Source of the DNA: the human T2T-CHM13v2.0 reference genome, Homo sapiens
Length of the DNA: 64,000 bases
Strand: one strand, 5' to 3'
Assembly: GCF_009914755.1 (NCBI RefSeq)
Contig: NC_060930.1
The notes under the pieces are model-generated. The model did no database searches. It saw only the letters and a list, made by a program, of their open reading frames with translations, and was not told where the DNA came from. The translations under genes were made by a program, and so were the position numbers. Positions 61,371-64,000 of the stretch are shown piece by piece (position 1 is the first letter of the stretch; each line of letters begins with the position of its first letter).

Positions 61371-61645
61371 CCCTCTATCTTCCTCACCCTCTGACCCCAA
61401 ACCTGGGTGCTCTGGACATTCCCATGACAGCCAAAGAAGGATTTTGAAAAAGCTGAGATTGATGGAGCCCATTCAGGCGTGCACTCTTTAGGTGAAAGGG
61501 ATAAAAGGTAAATGCATTTTTATATAGCTTTCAGTCATCCTGAACACCTATTGCCCTAACTGAACTGACCCCCTGAGTTTATGCCCCTGGTAACCCTCTG
61601 AAGAGTACTCTGGGCTCTAATACAAACTCAAGGAGATGCTGATTC

Positions 61646-61945
61646 TTTTTTTTTTTCTTTTTTGTGACAAAGTCTCGCTCTGTCCCCCAGGCTGAAGTGC
61701 AGTGATGTGATCTCGGCTCACTGCAACCTCCGCCTCCTGGGTTCAAGCAATTCTCCTGCCTCAGCCTCTTAAGTAGCTGGGGTTACAGGCATGCGCCACA
61801 ACACCTGGCTAAGTTTTGTATTTTTAGTGGAGACGGGGTTTCACCATGTTGGCTAGGCTGGTCTCAAACTCTTGACCTCAGGCGATCTGCTTGCCTCAGC
61901 CTCCCAAACTGCTGGGATTACAGGTGTGAGCCACCGCACCCAACC
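61646..61945 (-). mobile_element. Alu (AluS)
   Basis: TSD gctgattct. Confidence 0.92.
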
Positions 61946-62036
61946 AAGGACACGCTGATTCTGTAAAGACAGTGTGGGGCAGCAGATCATCCTTTCTTCT
62001 TGCTGCCTAAAATAGCCCATTAGAAGAGGAGATGGG

Positions 62037-62130
62037 AGACCAGGTGACATGGCTCACCAGCACTTTGGGAGGCTGAGATGGGAGGATCCCTTAGGCTAGG
62101 AGTTTGAGGACCTTGTAAAAAAAGAAAAAT
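62037..62130 (+). mobile_element. Degenerate FLAM monomer
   Basis: ccagcactttgggaggctgag; TSD aagaggagat. Confidence 0.7.
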
Positions 62131-62526
62131 AAGAGGAGATAGGTATACTTTAGTCCAATATGTTGTATAAGCAATGCCAGAGCATGAGGAACAGCATATC
62201 TTTATATTTATTTAGAGACAGTCCATTCTCATCTAAAAACCTAAGTGGCTATTGATTTTAACTGAACCAAGTAGAAATTGCCACAGGGTGAAAAATCCAG
62301 AACTGGTTATAGACACCAGCTGTGCACCAGGAAGACATCTGTGTAAATCCTTCCTGCCACTGGGTTATGGTCTTCAGCAGCAAGTGGGATAGAGGCTGAG
62401 TGACTTGTATGGTAAGACACAGCTGATGGTACAGGATGGAGCACAAGAAGGTCACATGGCTCAGAAGAGTGTCAAGAGAGTCAGAATACCAAGCACCCGC
62501 CTCTCCTCTTAGAAGTTGTGTGGGTT

Positions 62527-62706
62527 CCGGAGCCTGACGTGGGGTGGGAGGAGTGGGGAGGGATAGCATTAGGAGATATACCTAATGTAAATGATGAGTT
62601 AATGGGTGCAGCACACTAACATGGCACATGTATACATATGTAACAAACCTGCGCCTTGTGCACATGTACCCTAGAACTTAAAGAATAATAACAAAAAATA
62701 AAAAAA
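62527..62706 (+). mobile_element. 5'-truncated L1PA (about L1PA3-5) 3' end, about 180 bp
   Basis: gggatagcattaggagatatacctaatgtaaatga...gtaccctagaacttaaa; perfect 16-bp TSD agaagttgtgtgggtt (62511-62526 / 62707-62722). Confidence 0.93.
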
Positions 62707-64000
62707 AGAAGTTGTGTGGGTTACAGTTCCCTGAGAGATTGGCAGGTCCAGCAGAAAGAAGTTCTTTGAGGGACAGGGGAGTTGGGGTCATGTATTGGGG
62801 AGCTGTGTGCCCCAGGCCTGAGATGAGCGCAGAGGCAAGGACAGTCAACAGAGCGGTGGAGGGAGGGCAGGTAACTGTCACCATACCCACCTTCACAGCC
62901 AGTTAGTTCATTCTGTTACTCTGAGATTTTTTGTTTTAGAATAAAATAAACTGTGTCTGGAAATAGATGACAGGCAGGATTAAAGCAGGCATTTATTAAT
63001 TAATAGCATGAACTTTAAATAAGTGATACACACACTTAGCTGTAGCCCAAACAGTGTGGTTTTTTTTTTTTTTTTAAATCACATGGCCAACAAACCTCGC
63101 CAATATATTTTTACAAGGCTGTTAAATACTGCCAACACTCTATGATGTTGAGCCAAATTATTCTGGAATATCGTGGTATATAGCACAACACCATGTTTTT
63201 GTGAAAGACTAGAGATACCAGGGGAGCAATCCACAAAGCTCATGAATGTCTCACTGTAAATGGAATGTCTCAGTGTGAGCCAGCCCCTTGGGGCTGAGGG
63301 TCTCACCTCCTTACCTTTGATGGCTTGTGGCGGTAGAGTTAGGCTCAGTGGGGCTTCTCATTTGGAGGCAGGGGAGCCAAAACCTGGGTCTGTCTTTTAA
63401 AACCCTGAGACTATATCTCATAACTAGAGTTGGGACTTTCACCTCAGTAAGTGCCAGTGATCTTTTCCAAGAGCCAATCTCAGAGCTGGTAGGAGCTCAG
63501 CTTGCAGGAGCCTGGAGCATATCTCCTCGACGTCATCAATCTCAAGCAGGCCCAGCATCCAGCTTTCACCAAATGCTCACTGCATCCAGGGCCAGGCTGG
63601 TCTGCCGCCTACCTTACTAGGTGCCATCCTGGCCAGCGCTGCTTGCCACCACTCCCAGTGGGACTTCCTTCCTGCCTTACTGCGGCCCCTCTTAATCCAG
63701 CCAGATTGCATAATTAGCAAACCGTGCTTCAGTCTGTATTTCAGTGCAAGGAGATGCAGAGGACTGGGAGTTTGGCAAAGATTTGAGTAGTAGACAAACC
63801 AGAGTACAGCTGAGAGGCTGTGGAGTGTGCAGACGATCCACATCTGGCTTTCTGCAGAGGTTCTCAAAGAGCTGGCATGATGCATGATCTCCCACGGTGC
63901 TAAGGGAGATAGCACATGGGTGCTGGCTGAAGACATTGAAATTTACTGGGGTACAGCAAACACACAAGTCATCAGCATCAGCATATAACACATGTCCTGG

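Overview
Human genomic DNA (two human-lineage AluYb8-type insertions). It is repeat-dense, intergenic or deep-intronic, with no CpG island, no recognisable coding exon and no RNA gene. The ORF track consists of Alu/LTR/L1 read-throughs and chance ORFs. The window holds about 39 Alu/FLAM copies, many solo LTRs (MaLR THE1/MST/MLT1, ERVL LTR16/33/47-like, MER21A, MER4-group ERV1, a full MER11 with 6-bp TSD), old L1/L2/MIR fragments and DNA-transposon MITEs. I find no new gene system. The most unusual signal is a set of short locally templated copies that standard repeat annotation would not explain: (1) a 132-bp copy of the neighbouring MER21A inside an Alu's target-site duplication; (2) a 56-bp copy of unique DNA pasted into an LTR 0.9 kb away; (3) a 72-bp inverted duplication; (4) a perfect 20-bp fold-back inside an Alu. 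Also notable are a four-level nested LTR stack with readable TSDs and two direct AluYb8 copies differing at one base. Repeat subfamily names come from recalled consensus sequences and need RepeatMasker/Dfam confirmation; the ends of old repeats are approximate.
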